In this document: piece by piece, positions 50,638-62,091 of the stretch
How positions within the stretch are numbered: the first letter of the stretch is position 1
How the letters are laid out: every line of letters starts with the position of its first letter
Assembly (NCBI RefSeq): GCF_025526975.1
Contig: NW_026515672.1
Span: 496,001 to 560,000, forward strand
Direction: 5' to 3'
Length of the DNA stretch: 64,000 bases
Source of the DNA: Fimicolochytrium jonesii
Taxonomy: Eukaryota
The notes under the pieces: model-generated
Told to the model about the DNA's origin: nothing
What the model saw: only the letters and a program-made list of their open reading frames with translations
Database searches by the model: none
Program-made: the position numbers and the translations under genes

Positions 50638-52959
50638 TCACCATGTTGCCGACATGCTTTTCGCCCTATTCAAGAAAGCATATCGTTGTTCCTTCGCCGC
50701 TTTCGCTTCCTTTGCCTCTCTCGCAGCTTTGGCATTACGAGGCGTAGTGGCCTTAGCGGGTGGTCTCCCACCTGGAGGATGCGGCCGTACATCCTCGGAA
50801 CTCCTGCCGACGATATGCATCGAATGCGAGGACCCAATGGACCCATCACTGACATCCGAAACGATGGACGTGGATCTACCCCGCAAGTCGGTCGCTCCAG
50901 CTGCGGTCGCTGCCGCATCGGGAACGGGTTCCTCGCCGGCTGCCTTGGGAACGGAGATGTTCATGTCTTCTGGTCTGCGCACTCTGTTCACCGCTCCAGC
51001 CGATAATGTCCGCGCGTGCCCTCCTAAATGGTTGAAATCAATGGCGTATTCCACTTTGGGTAGACTTGCGTGCCCGCCAGCCTTATCCGCTCCTGCCGCT
51101 CCGCCTGTCGTGCCGTCAGCACCTTGCAATGCATGGCCTCCGCCGCCCATTCCTGTGGCCCCGCCTCTTTGCGCATTTGCATCCCGGTCGCTTCCCTTTT
51201 GGGCAAACAGCTCGATCCAGACTTGGTTGACTTTGTCGTATACTCGTGCCAATGTCCCTACTCCTGCCAGTTTTAGTCGATCTTTGCCCCACTCGATCTC
51301 CTCCTTGAATTCGTACCGGAGCTGATTGATGGCTGCATCGAGGTTCGGCACCTCGAACCCAAAGCCAAGGAGTTTGGACCCACTTCGTGCTGCAAAGATT
51401 GACACAGCTGCATTCCGACTCGCATCTGCCATGGCATCTGAGCGCGCAGTCATAGGTAAACTCCCCATTCCGCTCGAGCTTAGCATCCCACTGCTTCCAA
51501 AACCGGTGGAAGCAGGTGCGGGAGCGGCGCCGCCGAAATCCGCATGTTCTGTGAAGCATATCGAACAACTCGCTGACCGGAGATCATTTCCGAGCCAGTA
51601 GTACACTGACCGGGAAAGCCCCACGACGAACTCTTCCGTATCAACCAGCCGAAAGCCTTGCCCTTGCGTGATGGCTTGCCGCACAGTGGCCGCTGCGCCA
51701 GCCTTTTTCCGTGCGCCAGCGGCAGGCGTACTCAGAGGCGAACCGCCACTCCCTGAATCCCCACCGGATCCACCGAATCCGCCAAATCCCAACCCTGCAG
51801 GCGTGGCTGGCACTGACGTCCCATCTGTACCCCTCGACCGCGTCCCCGGGCCCCTCTGAGTGGCCAGATCTAACGTCGTAATCCGCTGTCCATGGGCGGT
51901 CCTGGTCCGCTGCGTCGCTAACAGCATCTCGTACCATCTCACAGCGAAGTCCGCCTGCGGTGTCGGCAATGTGTAGTACGCCAGCCTAGCAAACCACTGT
52001 TTCCTGGTGGTAGGTACGTTGAGCTGAGAATCTGACAACTCCATTAAGCGAACCTCCATCCCGTTTGGGTCGAGGGCAATGCACATCTTCACTTCGCTGA
52101 TGGCCATGGGTTCCACCACAATTTTGAAACCTTTGGATTTGAGGCGCTTGGCAAGGCGATGCAGGAAGTGGACGTAGATGACTAGATATTCGTAGTTGTG
52201 CGATTTCAGACCGGTTCGGAGTTGTCCTGGTTCTCGCGTTGCAGGACTTGAACCTGGGGTCGTGACTGCCGGTGCAGGTGCAGCGGCTTTCCTATCTCGT
52301 GTTCCGAATCCTACGGTCTTCTTGACGGCTGAAGGTGCGGCTTGTGCCGCTGGTTCTGCTCCACCTTTTCCTGTCCCAGCTCCGGGCCCCGATACTCCAG
52401 TTACTTCGTTCGCCTTTGCATTTCCCGCTTCTCCGGGCGGTCTGCGATCGTATGGGTCTGATGCTGCCCCAGCACCATTCGAGTCCAACGCTCCAATACC
52501 AGAGATCTCGCCGGTTTCTGGCAGGGGCCCATCATCTTCATCGTTCTCAAACAGCAGTTGAACATTATGTGCCGCCGGCTCTTTCCCGACTGGTTTGTAA
52601 GACATTGCTACGACCATTGCTTTGTCACTCCGTAAGATACCCGCAGCAGTGATGGATCGCGAGGCCTGCTCATTATTGCGTTGATCTGTCGGCGCGGCAG
52701 GATTCGCCGCCCCTGCGCCGGCTGCAGCTCCTGTGGCGGCAACAGGTGCTGCTGGTGGGGCACCTGGCGCAGCTGCTTTGTCTCCAGCAGCCGCGGGAGC
52801 GCCCGGTACAAACGGGGTTTGCTCTACTTCCCAATCCACTGACATTCCAAGATTTTGATAAAATTCGACTGTACTTGGCAGGTCTGAGCAGCGTATCCGA
52901 ATATACTTGAAGATGTACCTCTCTTGGGGGCCGCCTCCATGGCCACGCTTCCGAAGCAT
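50638..52959 (-). CDS. Intronless 773-aa protein with four glyoxalase/VOC-like modules separated by low-complexity loops
   Basis: YIRIRCSDLPSTVEFYQNLGM; YLVIYV..LAKRLKSKGFKIVVEP..ALDPNGMEVRLME; YYTLPTPQADFAVRWYEMLL; FGFEVPNLDAAINQL..YDKVNQVWIELF. Confidence 0.7.
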   Translation of the reverse strand: MLRKRGHGGGPQERYIFKYIRIRCSDLPSTVEFYQNLGMSVDWEVEQTPFVPGAPAAAGDKAAAPGAPPAAPVAATGAAAGAGAANPAAPTDQRNNEQASRSITAAGILRSDKAMVVAMSYKPVGKEPAAHNVQLLFENDEDDGPLPETGEISGIGALDSNGAGAASDPYDRRPPGEAGNAKANEVTGVSGPGAGTGKGGAEPAAQAAPSAVKKTVGFGTRDRKAAAPAPAVTTPGSSPATREPGQLRTGLKSHNYEYLVIYVHFLHRLAKRLKSKGFKIVVEPMAISEVKMCIALDPNGMEVRLMELSDSQLNVPTTRKQWFARLAYYTLPTPQADFAVRWYEMLLATQRTRTAHGQRITTLDLATQRGPGTRSRGTDGTSVPATPAGLGFGGFGGSGGDSGSGGSPLSTPAAGARKKAGAAATVRQAITQGQGFRLVDTEEFVVGLSRSVYYWLGNDLRSASCSICFTEHADFGGAAPAPASTGFGSSGMLSSSGMGSLPMTARSDAMADASRNAAVSIFAARSGSKLLGFGFEVPNLDAAINQLRYEFKEEIEWGKDRLKLAGVGTLARVYDKVNQVWIELFAQKGSDRDANAQRGGATGMGGGGHALQGADGTTGGAAGADKAGGHASLPKVEYAIDFNHLGGHARTLSAGAVNRVRRPEDMNISVPKAAGEEPVPDAAATAAGATDLRGRSTSIVSDVSDGSIGSSHSMHIVGRSSEDVRPHPPGGRPPAKATTPRNAKAAREAKEAKAAKEQRYAFLNRAKSMSATW

Positions 52960-53335
52960 CTCAGGCAGTTCTCTCCTTGAATATCAACGGATTCGTTTGG
53001 AATATGAAAGTTTGCGCTCTATTACCGCCGTGCTGTATAGTTATGGTCTTGCAGAGGTCTTCAAATTCACTTCGAAAAGGCAAAACGCCTAGGATTGACA
53101 CCGCAGTCTCTGATATTCGACAGCGCGTGCTGGCCGACGCGTTCGCACTTGGAACAATATAAATAAGGCCCTTCACGTGACCGTGGAATAGAATGTCACT
53201 AGACGCGTCCTCATAACCCCTCTCGGACCATCCATGAGGACGGAAAGAAGGGTTGGACCTCCGAGATCGACAACCTTCGCACATCTTCCCAACCCCACTA
53301 CCGCTTTTCCCACTACTGCATTGTTATTTGGCACC

Positions 53336-54384
53336 ATGGCTCGCCGTTACGACTCCCGCACCACCATCTTCTCGCCGGAAGGTATTTGATGACCGTTGTG
53401 CTTGCCCGGCTTCACGTCATCCCGACCGCGACCTAATCTTGTTTCTTCGATATAGGTCGTCTGTACCAGGTCGAATATGCGATGGAAGCGATCTCCCTCG
53501 CTGGTACCGCCCTCGGAATATTGACGGCTGAAGGTGTCGTTCTGGCGGCGGAGAAGAAAGTTTCTAGCAAGTTGTTGGAACAACTTGCCAGCAGTGAGAA
53601 GGTTTACCAGCTGAGCGAGTAAGTCCGTCCCTTTTCACCAGACACAGTGAGCGAGTTCTCATGCTCGATTTTTTGCAGCCATGTGTGTTGTGCTGTCGCT
53701 GGAATCACGTCAGACGCAAATACGCTCGTAAACTACCTGCGGCTGGAAGTGCAAAAGTACCTATATACCTACAACGAAGCCATACCTGTTGAACAGTTAG
53801 TTCAAAAGCTTTGCGATCTGAAGCAGGGGTACACTCAGTATGGAGGTGGGTTACGGGAGGGATAATGGTTGATCCCAGGGGACCTACATATCTCTACCTG
53901 TGGGCTCACATCAGACGCGTAAATCTAGGTCTTCGCCCATATGGAGTATCTTTCCTCTACGGGGGTTACGACAACGATCATGGATTCCAACTTTACCACT
54001 CAGATCCCTCGGGCAACTACAGCGGATGGAAGGCGACTTGCATAGGCGCAAAGTCTACGAATGCCCAGAGTATCCTGAAGCAAGATTACAAGGAGGATAT
54101 GACTTTGAAGGAAGCAAAGTGTCTGGCGATCAAGGTTCTAAACAAGACGATGGATACAACAAACATGGGCAGCGACAAACGTACGATTTGTAAACGCTTT
54201 GAATCTGTGCATCGCAAAAAACTAATCTCTCTTCGTTTCTCCAGTGGAATTCGCCACGCTACACTTAGGAACGGGTGGGAAGGTTATCTACAAGCTATAC
54301 CAGCCCAAAGAGATAGAAGAGTTGTTGAAGGAGGAGGGCGTGCTGAATCAGGCATCAGAAGGTGGCTCTGCGATGGATATCTGA
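53336..54384 (+). CDS. PRE9: 20S proteasome subunit alpha-3 (PSMA4), spliced
   Basis: [70 protein letters not shown]. Confidence 0.97.
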
Positions 54385-55140
54385 TGACAAAGATGATTTG
54401 CAGTGTATCATCGAAGTCTTCCTGCCACACCCTTTGTGGATGTACAATAATGTATCATTGGCGTCTTTTTGAAATGACTGTGCATCGATGGAAATTGGGC
54501 GGTCCTTCGAGATAAAGGATGATGCCGGGGAGTGCACTAGAATGGGTAACAATTCGTTACTGGGTCGGAGTGGTAGCGCAAATGTCACCTACAGGCCTGC
54601 CTGATGCAGTTGTGATCGGACCGTGCTTGCGCCGAGCCGGTGAAGCCATAAAGTCAACACGGAGTACGCCTTCCCTGCACGACCCAGTCTCAATGGCGTC
54701 CATCGTAATATTTCGAATTTACATGAGGAGATCCTCCCCGCTAGAATCTATGATACAGTATCTACAGTACCCACATCTCCCATCTCCTCCGCATCACATC
54801 CGGAACATGCTACAATGCCGCCATTTCCGACGCCGGTCGCTAACGATCAACGTCAGTGCCGCCGAGAAAGGCTTGAAATCGTGTGAAGAGGGCCTAAAGC
54901 CAGCAAGTTCGTCTCCGAATGGTCTCGCCTACACATCTCCCGAGGTCGGAGCAAGTGATCCACATGGCGACGGATGCTGGCCACATCGTTTGGGCCGCTC
55001 GCGCGATCACAGCGAAGGACAATCGCTTGAACCAAGACGGGAGGTATCCGACCAGCCGCCGGGCATATGGCTTCACTCAGTGTGCTATCCTGGATGCACA
55101 CCAAGCGGTCCGCAGTCGAAACGCCCCTCCACGGGTCCTT

Positions 55141-57852
55141 TCAAAAGTTTTGGTTGAGATATTTCTCAGCCTCCAGGACCAGAGCCGGATAATGCCTCGT
55201 AAAGATATCATGAATCTGTCCCACTTCTTCCCACATGAGTTCCTTCTTCAACGGCGTAATGATCGTCCTGTAGGTCTTGGGCGTCGGGTCAATCCCCTTC
55301 GCCAGCATGTCGTGGAAGACGTTTATTGCGCGGTCAAAGTATCGTAGCCGACACAGGGCCTCGATCCACGAATTGTACGCGTTCTCGTCAAACACAACGC
55401 CAAGGGTCTCGCACTCGGCGATGATGTCTTCTACATCGTCGATAGTCCCGTTATGGCCGGCGGAGTCCAGAGCGTTGTTGGCGACGGTGGCATTGATGGC
55501 GTTGGCTTGGCCGAGCTTGATCCATATCTCTTTGGCCTTGGCATGGTTCCCTGCGCGACCATACGCTAGCATCAAGAGTTTGAGGTAGATGGGGTCATCT
55601 CTACTGCTGTCCAGCTTGGAGAGGATTTCGAGAATGTCCATGCAAGAATTGAGGTCCCCACGTTTTGCAAAGCCGGCCATGAGGGCTCTGTAAACCTTGG
55701 GCACCGGCTGGAGTAAAGGCGGCGAACCTTGGAAATACTTCTGGAAATTCTCCATGGCGAGTTGCATATCCGGAAATAACTTTGAGCAGGCTTCGATAAT
55801 CATGTACGCCCCGTCTAGCTCTGGTACATGTCCGTTCTGTTCCAGCTCCGACAGCAGCGTTTTCAAGGCTTCTACATCCTCTGCTCCAACGATGGCGCGA
55901 AGCGCAAGATCCAGGATAACTGGACCGAGAGGGTGCCCAGTCTCCAAATAAAACTTGTAGATGCGGAGGCCGTCGTGGTACCGTTTGGCCTCAACATAGG
56001 AGTGCATGAGTGTACTACAAGCATGCGGCGTCATACGCTTACCGGTGTATCCAGCTCGCTGCATCGCTTCAAAATGTGCTTCCGCAAGCTCGGGCTGACG
56101 ATTCCGTGCCTTGATCAGAGCGAAATAGGTGCGGTCGTTCGGCTTGACGTTCTTGCTAATCATTTCTTGGAAAAGGACCTCGCAGGCCTCCGCAACGTTT
56201 TCCTCAGAAGAATCATTATACGCCGACATCATGACCGTATAATCAAATATATCTGGCCCGGTACCCGCTTCACGCAGCTTTTTGAATGTGGCGAGCGCTC
56301 GAGAGAGGTTCTTAGCTTTGTAGCAGCACAACAATAGTCTCGAAAGTGTGAGTCGATCCGCGGTCACGCCATTTTGTTCCATGTGCCGTTGAAGTGATTC
56401 GAAGCTCTCAAGATCTCCTTTCTGAGCATAAGCTGCAAAAACGCCCCCGAGCGACTTGTTGTCGGGCTTCAACTTATCCGTCGGGATTTTCTTCCAAGCT
56501 TCTAGTACTTCTTTCCCGGAATGACACTTGCTCAGGAAACGCAAAGCCCGGAAGAAGTTCGCATCATCCTTCGCCAAAAAGCTACTCTTGACCAGCCGCG
56601 TAATGAGCGCTTTCACGCTGTCCGATGGCGTTTCTTCTTTCTCCGCCGCTTCGAGTGCAACGCGCACAACCTCTGGGTTCGGACGCATGCTGTGCGATTC
56701 CAAGGAGGACCAATACTTCTGTGCGTTGTGGAAGTCTCTCATGCGACAGGAAATCTGCAATGCCATCTCGTACGCGAATCGCAGACCTTTCTTTCCCTTG
56801 AATTGTTCGACGGAGGCAACGTAAGGAGTCAATATGTGCCACGCTTCCTCATACTCATGATTGTTCATGAAGGTCGTGAATATCGAATGGAAAGATCCAT
56901 ACACCCGCTGGTCGTTGTGAATTTTGGCAATCTCGTACATCGCATTTATGCCTTCGGTTGTCCGCTTCGCACGTAAGTACACAACGACCATCAACTCGTA
57001 GGTTTTCGCCTGCACGTCGCCCAGGGCTTGAATACGCTTGAAGAGGTCCAGAGACCTTTCAAAATCCCGAGCCTGCACAGTCGCTTCCAGAAAGAGATGC
57101 AAGGGCCGCCCAGTGACCATCCCATCCGCTTCCAATTCCCGCATGATAAGGTCGACCCAATCGCATCTGACCCCACTGCGGGCTCTCACAGCGAACGCCT
57201 GGATCATATGGCCATATCCCGCCTCCCCCAGGTTCGTGCCGGCGGCTCGTATACTCTGCGCCATTTGCATCATCCTGGGGAGATAGTCATGTTCCCTCTC
57301 ACGCATAAGCCGCATGAGGGTATCGAAAGTTTGCGACGGCACTCCGGAGAGTTGGCCGCGCTGTTCCAGTAACTTGAAGATTTTATAAGATTGGGTTAGG
57401 GACTCCCGTTTGATGGCCCCCGATAGAGATTCAGGGCTCGCTGCCTGTTGCTTAGGCTGCTGTCGCTGTCGATTGTGCCCTTTTTGAGGCGGAGACGGTT
57501 GTGGTCGAGCCTGGTCGGTACCGCCCTGTTGGCCCAGCTGGGACAGCTGCCGCTGCCGATTGTGCTCACTCTGATGTGAAGAGGTCTGGGACGGGTGTTC
57601 CTCGAGCCGGCCGCCGTGATTCTGTTTGAGTTGCTTCGCACTTTGTTCGTAAGCATCGGTCGTAGCATCCTTTCGCCTCAACTTCACTGCTTTCTTTGGA
57701 GATACGGAGCGCAAGATCAGCGTGGATGATATCAGGCGTGAAGCGGCGCATAAAGAAGCCGGTAAGACCAGCGGCCGTCTCGAAAACGAGTGAGGTACAG
57801 GTAGTAAGAGGTGGCTGCAGGGTGTTGGTCGCATCGGTCGCAACGCCCGCAT
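55141..57852 (-). CDS. Pentatricopeptide repeat (PPR) protein, probably mitochondrial, intronless
   Basis: Arg-rich presequence-like start MRALRPMRP..; many ~35-aa repeats (PDIFDYTVMMSAY, PNDRTYFALIKA, ENAYNSWIEALCR..GIDPTPKTYRTII). Confidence 0.9.
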   Translation of the reverse strand: MRALRPMRPTPCSHLLLPVPHSFSRRPLVLPASLCAASRLISSTLILRSVSPKKAVKLRRKDATTDAYEQSAKQLKQNHGGRLEEHPSQTSSHQSEHNRQRQLSQLGQQGGTDQARPQPSPPQKGHNRQRQQPKQQAASPESLSGAIKRESLTQSYKIFKLLEQRGQLSGVPSQTFDTLMRLMREREHDYLPRMMQMAQSIRAAGTNLGEAGYGHMIQAFAVRARSGVRCDWVDLIMRELEADGMVTGRPLHLFLEATVQARDFERSLDLFKRIQALGDVQAKTYELMVVVYLRAKRTTEGINAMYEIAKIHNDQRVYGSFHSIFTTFMNNHEYEEAWHILTPYVASVEQFKGKKGLRFAYEMALQISCRMRDFHNAQKYWSSLESHSMRPNPEVVRVALEAAEKEETPSDSVKALITRLVKSSFLAKDDANFFRALRFLSKCHSGKEVLEAWKKIPTDKLKPDNKSLGGVFAAYAQKGDLESFESLQRHMEQNGVTADRLTLSRLLLCCYKAKNLSRALATFKKLREAGTGPDIFDYTVMMSAYNDSSEENVAEACEVLFQEMISKNVKPNDRTYFALIKARNRQPELAEAHFEAMQRAGYTGKRMTPHACSTLMHSYVEAKRYHDGLRIYKFYLETGHPLGPVILDLALRAIVGAEDVEALKTLLSELEQNGHVPELDGAYMIIEACSKLFPDMQLAMENFQKYFQGSPPLLQPVPKVYRALMAGFAKRGDLNSCMDILEILSKLDSSRDDPIYLKLLMLAYGRAGNHAKAKEIWIKLGQANAINATVANNALDSAGHNGTIDDVEDIIAECETLGVVFDENAYNSWIEALCRLRYFDRAINVFHDMLAKGIDPTPKTYRTIITPLKKELMWEEVGQIHDIFTRHYPALVLEAEKYLNQNF

Positions 57853-58786
57853 TTTCGCTTTGGCTTCTGTTGGCTGGGAGTCCAAATTCTGCTCAGGAGA
57901 CGAAACTGCCTGATGTACAGTCCTTTCCCCGCCGGTGACCCTCACTCAGTACGGGGTCTATATATATGAAAGAGTATACACTTCGAATGAACTCGTCGTT
58001 TCCACTTCCCTGGCCGACGCAGGCCACATGCGCCCAGCTGCTGACACCCCGGACGAAGTGTTATTAGAGCCTTCGATGTGCTCGCTAGATGTTCCCATTC
58101 GACAGCGTGTCTTTGACAGGACGGCGTACACTCCGACACCCCTCACTTGTGGCTAATAATTGGGCGACATAACTGATTTATGATAGTTGACAGGTTTTCA
58201 AAACATCCGGGCAATTAATGTTTCCCCGATGCTATCAAGAAGCTTATCGCAAAAAGCATGGAACCTGTCACTCCATATGCGGAGCTGCAGAATAGCGGAT
58301 TATTGACCACAGTTTATGCCTAAACGGGGTTCTAGCCCGTTATCAGTTTGCCTTGTTTTCTGGAAGCTTTTATTCGACGTATCCAACCTAATGCTTCTCG
58401 GACTATTTTCGGTCCCTTCATTCGAAGGCGCCACATTACCGTTCACACAATCGTCAATACTCGCCAGTCACAAGGCACCTTCTATTGAGCAGCTTCGAAT
58501 CGCACTGCGACGTATGGCTTGTCAGCTGTTGTTGATCCCGGCCAAGAGTGCACCATCGCCTTCCGCTGAACGAATTCTCTTCAAGCTCTCGCCATACGAC
58601 CCACCACCAGGGTTCTCCGTGAAGTCGTCCCCTTCCTCCTTCACAACATCCCCACAAACCGCCATCTTTACTGGCAATACACTAGCAACAAACAGTGTAT
58701 TATTGGCAGGAGAGCTCCTATCTTGGGGAAAATCATCCCTTTTTTACAGCACCACATACACTTCCTACCATTTTCAGCAACGAGCA

Positions 58787-60466
58787 ATGCCCACATCTGT
58801 CCACTTAGCAACGGTCTCAACCGAATCGCAGAACTCACCGTCAACTACCGACAACTTTTTGAAAGAGATTGACGAGCTATTCGATCCCATGTGGACGCCC
58901 GGTCCTTACGACTACGGTTTGGATGCCATTAACGGTCTGGGCATCAACGGTCACCTCGGCGTCCAAGACCCGTTCGCTCCTTCGCTTTTCGCCGATCCAT
59001 ACACAATCAGCGGATATCTGTCCTCGTCGGAGACTCAGCAGCAGCATCTTCAGAATGCGGCGGCTGCGGCAGCTGCTGCCAGTATGCAATCTCAGTACAT
59101 GTGGTACAACCCAGCAGCCGATAACAACCTTCATGGTGCCGCTCACGCACCGTCACAATACGCCTATCATGCCGTCGACATGCTTGCGGGTCTCCCGGAA
59201 GCAAACCCAATGGTTTATCATGGCACGGCGGCGGCCGTCGGAAGCACAGGAGGGTCGGGTAGTCGCATGCGATCGAAGAACGGCAAGCAGTCGATCCTCT
59301 CGCAGCGACACGCCAACCTTCCTCCCGCTATCAATACCATGAAGTTTCGCACAGATGTTCGGGCTGCCAACGCGGCTCCGAGAACAGGATCAGCTGCTAC
59401 CACCGCTAAAGGCAAGACGGCAACCGCAAAGTCTGCAAAATCTCGCGCAACGAAATCGGCCAAGTCCAAGAAATCCGCCGGGGCCAGTTCGTCGATTCTC
59501 GAAGAAGATGAAATCACAGCCGATCTGCGTTCCGCAATCAAACTCAACTTGAACAAAAGGCTCAAATATCGCATGCTCGTCAAAGGCAAGATGACCGCCG
59601 AGGAAGCCAATCTGTCCCCTATGGACATGCAAGAGATTAGCCTCCAGCTTCCCAACGTTGGGTCCAAGAAGGCGATGACCGCAGCTGCCGCGCTCGCCGA
59701 GGTACAGAAACAGCAGCATGCACATCGCCAGAACAAGCAAGTTCAACGTCAGGAGGCTGGCAACCTCCCGAACCACTACAACTACTACGTTGATCATTTG
59801 GCCCAGGAGCAGATGGAGTTCCTCCATCAGCAAAACTTGAGGCAGATCGACGCTCTACGGGAGCAGGAGATTGCCCGCCATCAGGTCCGGCAGGCATTCA
59901 TGCCGCAGCTGTACCCTGTCGTTTGCCCTCCTCCCCTTCCCATCATACAGCCGGCGGAAGAAGGCGAGGAGGACGATGTGGATTATACCCCGCCTCGGCC
60001 AATCAACCCCGAGTACCTTGAGATATTCAAGGACTACGTTTTTCCCCCGCCGGAAATGGCGGAAAGAATGGCACGAGCGGAACAATCCACCATCGAGGAG
60101 ATTCCGTCGCCTTCGGTGGTTTCCGAGAAAGTGGCCGTGGACCCCCCGACAAAGCGCAAGCGAGCTCTATCCGCCACCCCAAGTGAAAACCAAGCCCCCG
60201 CAAAAAAGATCCGCGGAGAAGAGATGAAGACTCCGGCAACCATCGCGGAGCAAGAGGAGTTGTGTTCGCTCGTCGTTCAAAACCCGGACAACGCAGCCGA
60301 GAACTCCGATTCGGCTATCGACAACGCGGACGACATCCAAGAACTCGCTGACCTCCCTTCAGCGTACGCGGGTATCACCCGGCCGGACAGGCGTTTCTCG
60401 TGGACCCTGTCGATCCCCGACATGCAGCGAATGTCGTTCTCGTTCATCCCAAGCGACTTCATCTAG
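58787..60466 (+). CDS. Hypothetical, probably nuclear, low-complexity protein (orphan)
   Basis: Long open frame (ORF 58316-60466), ATG at 58787 after a pyrimidine tract/CAG; poly-Ala/Gln tracts, basic region, bipartite NLS-like KRKR..KKIR. Confidence 0.7.
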   Translation: MPTSVHLATVSTESQNSPSTTDNFLKEIDELFDPMWTPGPYDYGLDAINGLGINGHLGVQDPFAPSLFADPYTISGYLSSSETQQQHLQNAAAAAAAASMQSQYMWYNPAADNNLHGAAHAPSQYAYHAVDMLAGLPEANPMVYHGTAAAVGSTGGSGSRMRSKNGKQSILSQRHANLPPAINTMKFRTDVRAANAAPRTGSAATTAKGKTATAKSAKSRATKSAKSKKSAGASSSILEEDEITADLRSAIKLNLNKRLKYRMLVKGKMTAEEANLSPMDMQEISLQLPNVGSKKAMTAAAALAEVQKQQHAHRQNKQVQRQEAGNLPNHYNYYVDHLAQEQMEFLHQQNLRQIDALREQEIARHQVRQAFMPQLYPVVCPPPLPIIQPAEEGEEDDVDYTPPRPINPEYLEIFKDYVFPPPEMAERMARAEQSTIEEIPSPSVVSEKVAVDPPTKRKRALSATPSENQAPAKKIRGEEMKTPATIAEQEELCSLVVQNPDNAAENSDSAIDNADDIQELADLPSAYAGITRPDRRFSWTLSIPDMQRMSFSFIPSDFI

Positions 60467-61278
60467 CGTAGTTGGCATACATCAGTTTTGGGTGTTGAGA
60501 AATGCGTTCCTGATAGCATCATTTTGGGGTTAAGAGATATCTGGCATGCCTTTTTGGCAACACTCCGTGGTTTGGCGAAAGTTTCTTATATATGCAATAA
60601 AAGGGCCTGGAGAAACGCACTTATTGGACCTGTTAAAGAAGTTCGGTTGAGTTGAGACTCACCTCTGCATGGGACATATCCCCATAATGCGGTGGGCAAA
60701 ACATCAAACATTGGTCTAGCAAATCAGACCGAATTTCACTTCCGAAGATTGTGCTAGGATATACTTATCTCAATCATCTCGCAATGAAAATTGCGAATGC
60801 TCAGGCTCTTGAAGTTTAGGCATCAACATCGTTGCTGCACAAATACACCATCTGCTCTGGTATTGGAAAGTCTTTTCCCTCCTCTGGTGGATACTTCGAG
60901 CCCTATAAAGGCGAAGATCATTGTGAACAGCTGGAACGAATCAGTTCCCCAATAATGCAGGTCTTCAAAGGTGCATATATCTCCGGTGTCCGTAGGGAGA
61001 CGGTACAAATGGAAAAAGCCGTCGGCGATGTATCCAAGTGAGTTTAGGGATGGATAGAGGGAGGTGGAGGACAACTTGTGTAGGTGCGGTTGTACCCGGC
61101 GGTCTGGCATCATCATCGCCGCATTCCGACTTTCAGTGTGCTACGGTCTACCTGGTTTCCAGGCACTTTGTGCCAGGCGTGACGATGGCAATAGAGACAA
61201 AATTTAGCAGGCATCGGGAAGATGATGTGCGACATTGGAGGGCATTTGCTCTGTTCCCTCATCTGACAGCAAAGTAGA

Positions 61279-62091
61279 TTATGAGAATGCCTCCTCTTCT
61301 CCTTCATCCCAACTAGGATCCCAAGCTCTCGTATCCCCTTTTGCTCCCCAAAACTCCGCTCCATACGGAACCACTATCTCCTCGCCGGGCTCGATGGTGC
61401 GATTCAGGCTGAAAGCGCCCACGCGCACCTGTCCCGTTTCCACGTCCCGATATGTGTCGAAGGCAGCATTTGGTCGGGAGGCAATCCCATGCCAGTCATT
61501 GATGAATCTGCCTTCATTGCCGCGTATTGATGCGTCCACCGAGAGATTTCCGTGAAAACCTGCAAAAGGGAACAACGGACATAACACGTAAGGCGCCTTC
61601 CTCGATGGTAGTGGGCCGTGTCACTCACGCCCGCTGTTGCCATAGACGGATGACTGACTCAGTGTGTAAGTGAGGTTTGCTGGTATCTCACTGGTCAGTC
61701 TGATAACACCAACGTCTAGAGCGTCTGGTTAGCACGTCAACTGAGCGGGAGTTCCTTCCTTGCGGGCGGTGACTCTCCCAATCCTTTCAAGTTCAAATGG
61801 CTCACAATCTACGATGAATTGAAACTGTTTGATCTGGCGCGCTGCAAACAATCCTCCCTCTCCTCTGGCTGGGTGACCTTGGTCCGTTATTTCTCGAACA
61901 CAAAGGTGTCCCTCCGAGCGTGAGACTGATTTTCGGTCGATTTCATCTTCGTCAGCAAATGCGCACCAGCCTACGTATCGTTGTCGTATGTCCGACTGTA
62001 TCGTAGGGGCCCATTCGTATTCTAAGAGGTACGGGAAATCGGCCGGCCAACCTGAGATGGCCGGGAGTGTCGTGGACCGTGCGAAAGCCAT
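61279..62091 (-). CDS. Small SET-domain protein, 3 exons
   Basis: HPARGEGGLFAARQI..FIVD|YVGVI; VDASIRGNEGRFINDWHG..PNAAF..IEPGEEIVVPYGAEFW; intron phases are consistent. Confidence 0.85.

Noticed and set aside
60830..61277. Weak resemblance of REDDVRHWRAF to Gid4/Vid24
   Set aside because: Single short motif; the surrounding sequence does not fit the family
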